Virus record (IMG/VR): IMGVR_UViG_3300038314_001433
Span: 1 to 27,009 of that record
Origin: a virus
Taxonomy: Duplodnaviria; Caudoviricetes
DNA: 27,009 nt
Reading direction: 5' to 3' (one strand)
Part shown: positions 7,989 through 16,767 of the stretch, piece by piece
How positions within the stretch are numbered: position 1 is the stretch's first letter
How the letters are laid out: every line of letters starts with the position of its first letter
Made by a program: the position numbers and the translations under genes
The notes under the pieces: model-generated
Database searches by the model: none
Seen by the model: the letters and a program-made list of their open reading frames with translations, nothing else
Told to the model about the DNA's origin: nothing

Positions 7989-8958
7989 CGTCTGCCTCCA
8001 GCCCAATCTTCTCAAGCTCAAGCCGCTCGAAGGGCGACCAGCGGTTGACCTCAAACCCCTCTGGCACCGGCTTTCCGATTGGATTGGGCCAAGCTTTGCA
8101 CATCATCATATAAGGACAATTGCGTGCAAAGTCCTGACAGCTATCGGTGTTCTTGCGGAACGCCCCCATGAAGGGTGCGCTGCTATCAACGTCGGCAGAC
8201 CAATCTCGTTCGATCTGCTCAATCCACTGATGAGTATCCCAAAGCCAGCTATCGAGCTGGTCGATTTGACGCTCTATCGGGATGAACTTGAAAATATCGT
8301 GGTGCTTCTTATGCACCAGGGCCGCGTCGATCCATACGGCTTTGGCCTGCTCGCCATAGAGCATATGCAGAGCGTGGAGGTAGCCATCTACTTGGCTATT
8401 CGGGCTGAAGGAGTCAAGGAAAGTTGAACGAAACCCGCCGTTGACGGCGTACAGGCTCGTTGTCTTGTGCTCACCCACGTAGACGCCGCCATCCATCTCG
8501 AAGACCTTATCCAGGCGCCCGACGTAGAACAAGGTCTCGTCGTTCGGGTCGAGAGGTACGGCAAAGGGCTTCTCGATTTCGAGCACATCGATGCGCTTCA
8601 AAAAGTCCCAGCGTTCGTCCACGTAGTCGAAGAGCATCTCCAGGGCATTCATCGGCGTCCTGGCACCTAGACGGTCAAGCTCTTCTGGCCCCATCTCAGC
8701 AGGGTCAGGCGCACCGTCGTCCATCCAGCAATCGACGAAGGCTGCATAGCCTCCTTTGATTACATCCTCTTTAGAGAAGTAGTCATCTTGACTGGCTGTC
8801 CAAACCGTGTCCATCGCGGCGTGCCAACTGGAGCCAAACGTAAGTGGTGGCGACCAGCCCTCACCTGCCCAATGCATGACATGGCGAAAGTAGAACTTCC
8901 TGGGGCAACCTCGATACCCGCTGATGCGGGTGTTATCAAAGAAGCGATCATGTTCCAT
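7981..8958 (-). CDS. PD-(D/E)XK exonuclease, Cas4/RecB-like
   Basis: GCPRKFYF, FGSSWH, EIEKPF, GRLD...EHKT, QVDGY; C-terminal CQ...CPY...C completes a four-Cys Fe-S staple. Confidence 0.88.
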   Translation of the reverse strand: MEHDRFFDNTRISGYRGCPRKFYFRHVMHWAGEGWSPPLTFGSSWHAAMDTVWTASQDDYFSKEDVIKGGYAAFVDCWMDDGAPDPAEMGPEELDRLGARTPMNALEMLFDYVDERWDFLKRIDVLEIEKPFAVPLDPNDETLFYVGRLDKVFEMDGGVYVGEHKTTSLYAVNGGFRSTFLDSFSPNSQVDGYLHALHMLYGEQAKAVWIDAALVHKKHHDIFKFIPIERQIDQLDSWLWDTHQWIEQIERDWSADVDSSAPFMGAFRKNTDSCQDFARNCPYMMMCKAWPNPIGKPVPEGFEVNRWSPFERLELEKIGLEADDE

Positions 8959-9027
8959 CTGTTGCAATCCCCTAGTTGGTCGATCTAGACGTATTGTGGC
9001 ATAATACCGCCCAGAACGCAAGCCCCT

Positions 9028-10818
9028 CTATTCTTCGCAGGAACGCTCCCCTGTGTTGGGATCGATAAAGCAGGCAGCGCCCTCAGCAGGTTTGGCCACT
9101 AAAATCCCTGCGCGCTTGCCATTACTGTTGAACGTCGTACAGCCCTTGGCGCCCCCCTCGTGAGCCATCATGTAAAGCTCTTTGAACTCGTCAAAGTGAA
9201 GGCCCTCCTCGCCCGGGTGCGCCCCCACCACATTACAGGTCTTCGACACTGAGGAGTCTACATACTTCTGAGTAGCGCATAGGACTCGGATATGATCCTT
9301 CGCAGGTATATCTTGAGCCGTAAGGCCGCTAACTCCCCTGGAGAATGCCCAGTCATCGAGTTCGACCTCGACTTGACCTTCTGGCATATGAACAAGGCGC
9401 CGGCTGCTAAGAGCAAAGGGAGGCTCAATGCCGCTAGACACATTATCAGCACACATACTGATAGTGCCAGTAGGAGCGATGCTAAGAAGTAAGCCATTCC
9501 TTAGTCCTTCCTTTCTGATCCGAGAGCGTAATTCACGAGGGAGGGTCTTGGCAAAGCCAGAGCGCAGCCAACCTTTGGCGTCAAAATAGGGAAATTGGCC
9601 CTTCTTCTTAACTGCACTCACCGAGGTGTGATAGGCCGTGTCACGGATGGTTTCAAGTATCTTGGTTGACCACTCAAGATAGCTAGGGCTTCCATAAGAG
9701 TGACCCATGATCTCAAGGGCGTTAGCCATCGCAGTTACGCCGATCCCCATCCTACGTTTGTTCTGCGCCTCTTCGCGTTGCGCTTCCAGCGGGTAGCGCG
9801 TGTTATCTATCACGTTGTCGAACGCCCGGCAGGCGGTTGCTACATCGAGGCGGAGTAGGTCCCAGTCGAGGCTATAGCCATTGTCTATGCGCGTTGGAAC
9901 GTAGTCGTCGCTATTCGCCAGGCTGATTGGCTGCGGATCGATTAGGTATTTGATCAGGTTGAGCGAACCCAACAAGCAGGCTCCATTAGGAGGGAGGGGC
10001 TGTTCACCGCATGGATTGGTCGCTCTGATTGTTTCGCAGTAATCCAGAGGATTCATCCTGTTTATCTGGTCAATAAAGAGCACACCTGGCTCTCCCCAAT
10101 CCCAGTTGCGTTCCATAATCCTGGCCCACACATCCACAGCATGAGCCTCACCGTACCTTCGATCGCCAAAAACCAGAGGATAGGTAGAGCCACGATGCAG
10201 AGCGTCAATAAAGCTATCAGTAATAGCCACTGAGACGTTGAAGTTCGTGAGCGTGTTGGAGTCAGCTTTCGCATTGATAAACCTCATTATGTCTGGGTGA
10301 TCTACTCGTAAAACCCCCATCATGGCCCCGCGTCGATGGCCCGCACTAAGCACTGTAGAGCACATCGCATCCCAACAGCCCATAAAAGAGACAGGGCCAG
10401 TAGCGTAGGCTTTAATCCCAAGTCCGCGAATAGGATCACCATAGGGGCGGAGAGTAGAAAAGTCCCAACCGCAACCACCGCCGCTACGAAGAGTAAGCAT
10501 AGAGCACTTAAGCTCATCCATTATTCCTTCTGATGTGTCAGGGACTAGACCGCCAACGTAACAGTTCATCGCGGTTATTTCGTAAGGGCGACCGACTGCC
10601 AGTTGTTGGCGACCTGCCGGCAGGATGCGTTGATATCGGAGGGCATCAAGTAAGTGCCTAAAGTGATTGTCGTCGTCAGCGGCGACGCGGGCGTAGCGGA
10701 CGCAGTAATCATCGAAAGACTCCCCCTCGCTGCGGTACTTTGTTTCGTGAAGATGCTGCGCATAGGAGGTTTGTGGTCCATACACGGTAGGGCTCCTGGC
10801 TGATTGGGGAACATACAT
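9028..10818 (-). CDS. nrdJ: class II (adenosylcobalamin-dependent) ribonucleotide reductase
   Basis: PAGR, NCYV, RRGAMMG, EPGVLFID, ATNPCGEQPL, CLLGSLNL, APTGTIS, DSSVSKT; C-terminal Cys pair; no beta subunit nearby. Confidence 0.9.
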   Translation of the reverse strand: MYVPQSARSPTVYGPQTSYAQHLHETKYRSEGESFDDYCVRYARVAADDDNHFRHLLDALRYQRILPAGRQQLAVGRPYEITAMNCYVGGLVPDTSEGIMDELKCSMLTLRSGGGCGWDFSTLRPYGDPIRGLGIKAYATGPVSFMGCWDAMCSTVLSAGHRRGAMMGVLRVDHPDIMRFINAKADSNTLTNFNVSVAITDSFIDALHRGSTYPLVFGDRRYGEAHAVDVWARIMERNWDWGEPGVLFIDQINRMNPLDYCETIRATNPCGEQPLPPNGACLLGSLNLIKYLIDPQPISLANSDDYVPTRIDNGYSLDWDLLRLDVATACRAFDNVIDNTRYPLEAQREEAQNKRRMGIGVTAMANALEIMGHSYGSPSYLEWSTKILETIRDTAYHTSVSAVKKKGQFPYFDAKGWLRSGFAKTLPRELRSRIRKEGLRNGLLLSIAPTGTISMCADNVSSGIEPPFALSSRRLVHMPEGQVEVELDDWAFSRGVSGLTAQDIPAKDHIRVLCATQKYVDSSVSKTCNVVGAHPGEEGLHFDEFKELYMMAHEGGAKGCTTFNSNGKRAGILVAKPAEGAACFIDPNTGERSCEE

Positions 10819-10819
10819 C

Positions 10820-11647
10820 TTAGCTTGCCCCCCGCTCACGTTCAAGAGCCTCAGTCTCACGTTGGCGGAGCCAATCCTCTGTGATCTTTTCTCCAGGAGT
10901 TATACATGACTTAGAGCCGAGGTCAGAGCAGCCAGCTTCGATCTGCCTGATGCTCCAGCACATGTCGATGAAGTCTTGTCTGTCAACCGCACATAAAGAG
11001 TCTTGTCTATCGTATCTGGGCGCATCCAATCTGATATGCTTCTCGATGGTGCAGGCATCTAGCGCAGCAGCCGCAAGAGGAGCCCATATTCCCTCGGTGT
11101 GGTCGCTGTAGCCTACGGATTGGTGGCTCTTAGAGGCTCGACGCCTATTCAGCTCCATGCTAAGCATCGGGATTCGTCTTAACTGTGCTCTTGTAGTCGG
11201 CGTCGGGTACTCGGAGACACAATGTAAGAAAGTGTGCCAATAACCTGCAAGGTCCATGTGCATCTGACAGACTTCCTGATCGATGTGCATACCACAACTG
11301 ATGAGAAGTGGCAGCTTAGTTTCGCACGCCAAGGGAATCAGGTGCCACCCACCAGAGCCGATCTTGACCCTCTCGATAAGTTCCATATCAACGAGCTTGT
11401 CGAGCGCCCACTCATCATGCGGCGTACACAGGAATTCCATACCAAGATCTTCACACATACGATAGGCACTGATCATATTTGTACTGTCGAGCCAAGGCAG
11501 CTCACGATTAGGTCCTCTCAAACCCCTCTTATACCACTGGGTCTTAAACGTATCGGCACCAGCTGCATGAGCTAGATCGATAAGAGAGTGGAGGCGCTGC
11601 CAACTTCCTTCATGGTCAACGCCAGCTTCGGCAATTATCTCTATCAT
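10820..11647 (-). CDS. neuB: NeuB-family nonulosonic acid synthase lacking the C-terminal AFP/SAF domain
   Basis: IIAEAGVDHEG, GADTFKTQ, TPHD, KIGSG, ISCGM, LHCVSEYP, GYSDHT, IEKH. Confidence 0.92.
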   Translation of the reverse strand: MIEIIAEAGVDHEGSWQRLHSLIDLAHAAGADTFKTQWYKRGLRGPNRELPWLDSTNMISAYRMCEDLGMEFLCTPHDEWALDKLVDMELIERVKIGSGGWHLIPLACETKLPLLISCGMHIDQEVCQMHMDLAGYWHTFLHCVSEYPTPTTRAQLRRIPMLSMELNRRRASKSHQSVGYSDHTEGIWAPLAAAALDACTIEKHIRLDAPRYDRQDSLCAVDRQDFIDMCWSIRQIEAGCSDLGSKSCITPGEKITEDWLRQRETEALERERGAS

Positions 11648-12099
11648 AGTTTGTCCTCCAGATTCGGGTACAACTTGATTTGGACGCCAGCATCGCCGAG
11701 CATTTCCTTGGTCAGCATGGGGGGCTCACCCCAGCGATCTAGATGTTCCTCATCTTCTGTAAAGAGTGAAACATGGCGCATAATTCCTGCTTGAATTACA
11801 AGCCCAGCACAACGACTACAGCTCATAAAGGGCCAAGTATAGAGAGTAGCACCACGCAGATCTGTGCCACCTAACAGGAGGGCGTTCGCCTCTGCGTGAA
11901 CGACTCTGATATACTTAGCTTCACGATCCTCATATAGCGCCGGATCGTCGTCGATGCCCATAGGGAAGCCATTATAGCCAAGAGAGAGAACTCGTCTCTC
12001 CTTAACAACAACTGCCCCTGCTTTTGTGCTCGGATCTTTCGACCAGCCTGCAATGTGGCAGGCCAGTCCTAAGAAGCGTAGGTCCCATTTGCTGTCCAT
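11644..12099 (-). CDS. dCMP deaminase
   Basis: SKDPSTK, GYNGFP, HAEANA, CSRC zinc motif, IQAGI. Confidence 0.9.
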   Translation of the reverse strand: MDSKWDLRFLGLACHIAGWSKDPSTKAGAVVVKERRVLSLGYNGFPMGIDDDPALYEDREAKYIRVVHAEANALLLGGTDLRGATLYTWPFMSCSRCAGLVIQAGIMRHVSLFTEDEEHLDRWGEPPMLTKEMLGDAGVQIKLYPNLEDKL

Positions 12100-12100
12100 T

Positions 12101-13234
12101 TTACCACCTTATTTTGGGTTTGAACAAGTCAGGATTGATCCCTCCGATGTGTGGTCGAATAACTTTGTACATCTGCTCCAGACGCTTGTCTGTAAGCAGG
12201 GTTGGTTTGAGCCCGAGTGCGGGCAGTGCGCTGTTTGCGGCCTTATAGTAATGACCCAACTGCTCAATACGGGGGTTATCTATATGAAGGCGCTTAGTTT
12301 TGGTCATGTCAGCTATCCTGTCAGCCAATTGTAAGACACTAAACTGCTCAGTGGATTGATTAAACACTCTAAATTCGCCCACCTCGGCAGGGGTTTCGGC
12401 CGCAAGAGTTACGCATTCCAAAGTATCAATGATATTCAGATACCCGCGGGTCTGGCTTCCGTCGCCATATACTGTTAGAGGATAGCCGACTGCGGCCTGG
12501 CACAAAAACCTATTGATTACTGTGCCGAAGATGGCATCATAGTGGAAGGAGGTATTGTACTCCGGCCGGAGCCACGTCTGGCTGGTGTGCGCTCCATACA
12601 CTATGCCTTGGTTCAAATCCGTGACGCGAAGGCCCCAAGCTCGGCAGGCAAACTCCAGATTGTGTGAGTCATGCACCTTGGATGCATGATACCAAGAGCC
12701 TGGCTTCTTCGGATAGAGCATCCGATCGCTGCGGCCCTTATGCTCGACGTCGAGCCAGCCCTCTTCAATGTCTATATCCGGCGTGCCATATTCGCCCATA
12801 GTTCCAAGCTTAATAATGTGGATTGAGGGATCAACTTCGCGAACCGCCCATATCAGGTTGAGCGTACCTACTATATTGTTCGTCTGCGTTTCAAGACACT
12901 TCCTCCTATTCATATGCGAAAAGGGAGCTGATGGCTGCTCTGCATAGTGAATAATAGTGTCAATATTAAACTCTTGTAGAGCGTTGCAGAGATGTTCGTA
13001 ATCCAAAGCTACATCAATATAAACGTAGTAGATACGAGAAGATTCATTTTTATTCCACGTCTCGACGCGTTGGCTGGCGTAAGGAATGTTCCATAGAGGC
13101 TGTACTTCACAATAGCGTTCCCATTGCCTCTTGATAAGATTATCAACCGCCAGAACAGTATGCCCCTCTGAAGCAAGCTTCATACATGTAGGCCATCCAA
13201 GATAGCCGTCGGCGCCTAGAACTGCGATCCGCAT
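12101..13234 (-). CDS. sqdB: SqdB/SQD1/Agl3-family UDP-sulfoquinovose synthase homologue
   Basis: GADGYLGWPT, EQPSAP, KLGTMGEYGTPDIDIEEG, YHASKVHDSHN, TDLNQGIVYG, YDAIFGTVINRF, PLTVYG..QTRG match SQD1 signatures. Confidence 0.92.
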   Translation of the reverse strand: MRIAVLGADGYLGWPTCMKLASEGHTVLAVDNLIKRQWERYCEVQPLWNIPYASQRVETWNKNESSRIYYVYIDVALDYEHLCNALQEFNIDTIIHYAEQPSAPFSHMNRRKCLETQTNNIVGTLNLIWAVREVDPSIHIIKLGTMGEYGTPDIDIEEGWLDVEHKGRSDRMLYPKKPGSWYHASKVHDSHNLEFACRAWGLRVTDLNQGIVYGAHTSQTWLRPEYNTSFHYDAIFGTVINRFLCQAAVGYPLTVYGDGSQTRGYLNIIDTLECVTLAAETPAEVGEFRVFNQSTEQFSVLQLADRIADMTKTKRLHIDNPRIEQLGHYYKAANSALPALGLKPTLLTDKRLEQMYKVIRPHIGGINPDLFKPKIRW

Positions 13235-13914
13235 CCTACGATTCCTTCCTTATACAACAAGCGTGCAAGCATTAGGTCTTCGGGGCCATCTACGTCGATA
13301 GCTTCCCAACGTGTTACCTCGATAGGTGCCGACGGCGTAGCGAACATCGTTCCCTGCTCGATCATTTGCTCATATCTGGTGACGACCAAGTTTCCGAAGC
13401 GCCAGACATAAGGCTTGTCTTGTTTCCTACCGCATTCGAGGCGATGGATAGGAAAGATGAAGTCCAGGTTGAAGCCTTGCATCTCCCGCTGGTTCATCCA
13501 GTGGCAGTTATGCTCCAATGCGGTTACTGACTGAATGCTGGCTGTACGATCGTTCTTGGTCATGCTCAAGACTATTTCGACTGTGCGTCTGCTGACAAAG
13601 GGCGACGTGGGCTGAAACAGCCAGACCCATTCGGGCTTATACCCAATGCCTTCGACATAGTTCACGATCAAGTCATTCACGGGGCCGTCATTCAAATGCG
13701 GGGGTCGAACGTGAACCTGAAAGCCTTGTCGCCTGGCTTGGTCAAGCAATTCCTCGCTGTCACTCGACACCACGGGGTCTTGCAAACCAAGGAAGCGGCC
13801 CGCCTCCGCGGCCCAACGCCACAAAGGCCACTCGCCGATAAGCTTCTGGTTCTTCTCGATGATAGTCTCACTGCCTATCCTGGCAGGGACGAAGATAAGA
13901 TGTTCGCTACCCAT
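13216..13914 (-). CDS. neuA: NeuA-family acylneuraminate cytidylyltransferase
   Basis: PARIGS...KN, VSSDS, QPTSPF, IDVD..ED. Confidence 0.9.
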   Translation of the reverse strand: MGSEHLIFVPARIGSETIIEKNQKLIGEWPLWRWAAEAGRFLGLQDPVVSSDSEELLDQARRQGFQVHVRPPHLNDGPVNDLIVNYVEGIGYKPEWVWLFQPTSPFVSRRTVEIVLSMTKNDRTASIQSVTALEHNCHWMNQREMQGFNLDFIFPIHRLECGRKQDKPYVWRFGNLVVTRYEQMIEQGTMFATPSAPIEVTRWEAIDVDGPEDLMLARLLYKEGIVGCGSQF

Positions 13915-14336
13915 CAGCTAGCCTCCACATCCACGTATTCGGTGGTGGGCGTGTAGGGGAATTGAATAGGCACCCGGCTGTCATACGATGTGAAACAAGA
14001 GCCATCGGGTCTCCGGAACACACAGCCTTCTATGTCGTGGGCTTTGCCGTTTTCCTTGAACACGTGTGAACAGCGCTTGTTCTGAAGAACGCCTTCCCCT
14101 ACTTCGTCCCATTCGTCATCGTTGCCGGTCAAGGGGCCTATGGGCTCAAACGCAGCCAGTTTGCTGAACAAACTAATAATATATGGTGCACTAGTGCCCG
14201 AATGCCCCTCCCCGTCAAAGGCTTCCAGCAGCTTCTTGAGGTGACTGTATATCCACGCTTGAGGGTCATCCTCAGCATATGTCGGCCAGCCCATCACAGC
14301 CCACTCACGGTCTAGGTGCTCGATATACCTATTCAT
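13914..14336 (-). CDS. hypothetical phage protein (GHSGTSA motif)
   Basis: Coupled at both ends inside the sugar cluster; PLTGNDDEW, QNKRCSHVFK. Confidence 0.75.
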   Translation of the reverse strand: MNRYIEHLDREWAVMGWPTYAEDDPQAWIYSHLKKLLEAFDGEGHSGTSAPYIISLFSKLAAFEPIGPLTGNDDEWDEVGEGVLQNKRCSHVFKENGKAHDIEGCVFRRPDGSCFTSYDSRVPIQFPYTPTTEYVDVEAS

Positions 14337-15264
14337 CTTCTAACTCCTTCAAAACCTGGTAGATGATTAACTCTTCAGTGAAGCGCCATGCACTGATTGT
14401 TGAGCCCCCGATGTGTGGGGTTAACAGAAGTGGGGCGCCTGTCGGTTCGTGGGCGTAGCGGAATAGCGGGCTGTCCGCGGCCAATCCAGTAAATTCACCT
14501 GAGATCACGTCGGAAGCACATCCACCTATGGTGAAGTTGTTAAGAGCCGTGACTAAAACCTCTTCGTCAACCAACTCACCTCGAGCGGTGTTGATCAACA
14601 GAGCGTTGTCCTTCATATCGTCGAGGAACTCTACATCTACCATGCCCCTAGTATTCTCGTCTAGGGGGCAGTGCAAGGTGATGATGTCACAATCAGATAC
14701 CAACTCATGCAAATCACGAGCTGCATATCTCCAGTCGTGGCTATTATAAGGGTCGTAGACACAAACTCGCATTCCCATAGCACGGGCGATCTTGTCAACC
14801 ATCTTACCTATCCGACCATAGCCGACGATGCCGATAGACATTTGGCTTAGCATCTTTGGTGCCACATATCCGTCACGGCGGTCCCACTTCTGCGGTGTCA
14901 TCCGCTCTGGTAGGCCCCGATGCAACGCATGGATCAAGCCCCAGGTGTGCTCAGCCGTCGCTGTTATAAAGCCCATACCTGTGGAGGTAGGATCAAGGGT
15001 TAGAACCTTAACATCCTTTGACAAGAGCCAAGGCATGTCGAGGTGCTCTCGGGAAGAGCAGTTGGTAGCTATGATCCCCGGTGGTGTAGAAAGCTTGTCA
15101 AAGTTCCAGACGTGTTGCTGATCTACGAAGAGCACATCATGATAGAGGTCGATAAGCTCATCTGATTCATACATCTTGGTCAGGTCAAACCTATCTCTTA
15201 GTAGGCCTAAGTTCGACGGTTGCCATTGAAGATCTGTGCAATAACCTGCCCTTGGCTTACCCAT
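14329..15264 (-). CDS. D-isomer-specific 2-hydroxyacid dehydrogenase (SerA-like)
   Basis: TAEHT, GIVGYGRIG, YDP, LHCPL, INTARG, DV...E, TPHIGG. Confidence 0.92.
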   Translation of the reverse strand: MGKPRAGYCTDLQWQPSNLGLLRDRFDLTKMYESDELIDLYHDVLFVDQQHVWNFDKLSTPPGIIATNCSSREHLDMPWLLSKDVKVLTLDPTSTGMGFITATAEHTWGLIHALHRGLPERMTPQKWDRRDGYVAPKMLSQMSIGIVGYGRIGKMVDKIARAMGMRVCVYDPYNSHDWRYAARDLHELVSDCDIITLHCPLDENTRGMVDVEFLDDMKDNALLINTARGELVDEEVLVTALNNFTIGGCASDVISGEFTGLAADSPLFRYAHEPTGAPLLLTPHIGGSTISAWRFTEELIIYQVLKELEDE

Positions 15265-16369
15265 TACGTTGGCTCCATTCCACGAGATGCTGAAAGATCA
15301 CTTCGGTTGCGTGTCCCGTTCCGTAAGGGAATGCGCTTGGTGGGTTGTGCTTAGCGCTTATTGCGTCACCGATGGCAAGGCCGATCTCGTTCCGAGTCGT
15401 CGCATCACGGGTGTGGCCATACTGGATGCGACCATGCTGACGAGTGCCGACGTTGATCGAGGGAGTGCCCATATAAGGCGCTTCGATGATCCCAGCACTG
15501 CTGTTGCCAATGATGAATTGGGCATTGGCCAGGAGGCCAAGGAAATCCTCTGAGGGAACCGTGTCCAGGACTGGCCAGCCTTCGATGCCTTGACCTTGAG
15601 CAGATATGTAGAACGGGTCACTGCAGCCCTTGATTTCCAAGACATTGTTCGGATACGTCACGCGCAGGGCTACATCCAGGGCTGTACGCTCATCATTAGT
15701 GATTGAGCGCCCATCAGTGTTGGGATGATACATGAGAAGGCAGTAGTGATCCAGGTCGAGGCCGACCTCAGAGAATAGGCCATACTTGCTGTGTAGGTCA
15801 TGCGCCGGGGTTACGCGACCAAGACGTATGCGATCCAAATGCTGGTCGCCCGTCACAGTTGGGTGCTCGATGGGCAAGCATCCTAGATGGCAACGCAGAA
15901 ACTCTGCATGTTCGACCATAGAGCAGTAATGCCAACTGGCTAGCTCTTCGATCGCCCGTCGATTGCCCTCATCCAGGCCGCCGGTGCGATCCCCGCTTTG
16001 CATATGTGCAAACGGGATGCGATGCGTATGACAAGCGATGGCAAGCATCAAAGCTTCCAGCCTGTCTCCATAAACGAGCACTAAGTCTGGACTGTGGTTG
16101 GTTATGTAGTCTGAGAAGCCACTCAGCTCTTCCGCGCCAGCATTGAGCCTTGCCCGGATACTGTCCCGTTCTTGACTCACTCCGATGGTGATCGGTCGCA
16201 TACACTGATCAGCCACCGCGCCTGCGGTATACCCAAACTCTGGTTGTAGGTGCTGATCCGTTATGAGTACGTCACAGACGAAGTTACTTGACTTGTCGAG
16301 CATAGCAACAAGCGGACGGCAGGCATCCCACCCGCCGCGCTTGCCAGTCATCAGCGCAATCTTCTTCAT
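15257..16369 (-). CDS. neuC: NeuC/LegG-family hydrolysing NDP-HexNAc 2-epimerase
   Basis: DQHL..EFG.T, YGDRLEAL, H..SGD..G.LDE..R, GNSSAGIIEAP, NVGTRQ.GR, PYG.G. Confidence 0.9.
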   Translation of the reverse strand: MKKIALMTGKRGGWDACRPLVAMLDKSSNFVCDVLITDQHLQPEFGYTAGAVADQCMRPITIGVSQERDSIRARLNAGAEELSGFSDYITNHSPDLVLVYGDRLEALMLAIACHTHRIPFAHMQSGDRTGGLDEGNRRAIEELASWHYCSMVEHAEFLRCHLGCLPIEHPTVTGDQHLDRIRLGRVTPAHDLHSKYGLFSEVGLDLDHYCLLMYHPNTDGRSITNDERTALDVALRVTYPNNVLEIKGCSDPFYISAQGQGIEGWPVLDTVPSEDFLGLLANAQFIIGNSSAGIIEAPYMGTPSINVGTRQHGRIQYGHTRDATTRNEIGLAIGDAISAKHNPPSAFPYGTGHATEVIFQHLVEWSQRNG

Positions 16370-16400
16370 GATTGCCTCCTCTGGTTATTCCTAAAGCGAG

Positions 16401-16700
16401 CTAACCGTCAACCTTGATGGTTCGTTCAATATAGTGGTCGCCCTTAAACAACAGGTAGTTAACCTTCCCATGCTTATAAGCAAGGATAGCTGATGCAATC
16501 GAACTGATGATTGAGAGTGACGCGATAAGCAGATGATCGTCTGCCGAGCTGTCATCCATCTTCTCAGTAATCCCCCGATAGATCATATTAGTTTTGTAGC
16601 GGTCAACCATGCCGTTGGTAAGGAACACCAGGCGACCGTAGCGCCTGGCGGGGGTAAAATCATGAGCTGAGCGATTGGGGATGAATACTTGTTTATCCAT
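16401..16700 (-). CDS. hypothetical phage protein (99 aa)
   Basis: Track ORF re-started at MDKQVF, downstream of a terminator. Confidence 0.7.
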   Translation of the reverse strand: MDKQVFIPNRSAHDFTPARRYGRLVFLTNGMVDRYKTNMIYRGITEKMDDSSADDHLLIASLSIISSIASAILAYKHGKVNYLLFKGDHYIERTIKVDG

Positions 16701-16717
16701 TATTCTGGTGCCCTTGG

Positions 16718-16756
16718 AAAAAGTTGCGGCGAGGACCACCAGGACCCTCGCCGCAA
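16718..16756 (-). terminator. intrinsic terminator
   Basis: 11-bp stem 16724-16734/16746-16756 followed by CUUUUU on the minus strand. Confidence 0.75.
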
Positions 16757-16767
16757 GTTGAGGAGGA

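Noticed and set aside
7981-8958. CRISPR-Cas locus (Cas4-like gene)
   Set aside because: No repeat-spacer array or other cas genes; it belongs to the usual exonuclease-Sak4-SSB recombination module
12101-13234. Complete sulfolipid (SQDG) biosynthesis
   Set aside because: No sqdX, sqdC or sqdD in the window; neighbours are nonulosonate enzymes. Use of a host transferase cannot be excluded
10820-16369. Host LPS/capsule locus (chimera or prophage boundary)
   Set aside because: Genes are compact, overlap phage genes on both sides and are interleaved with dCMP deaminase and nrdJ; no transporters or att site seen
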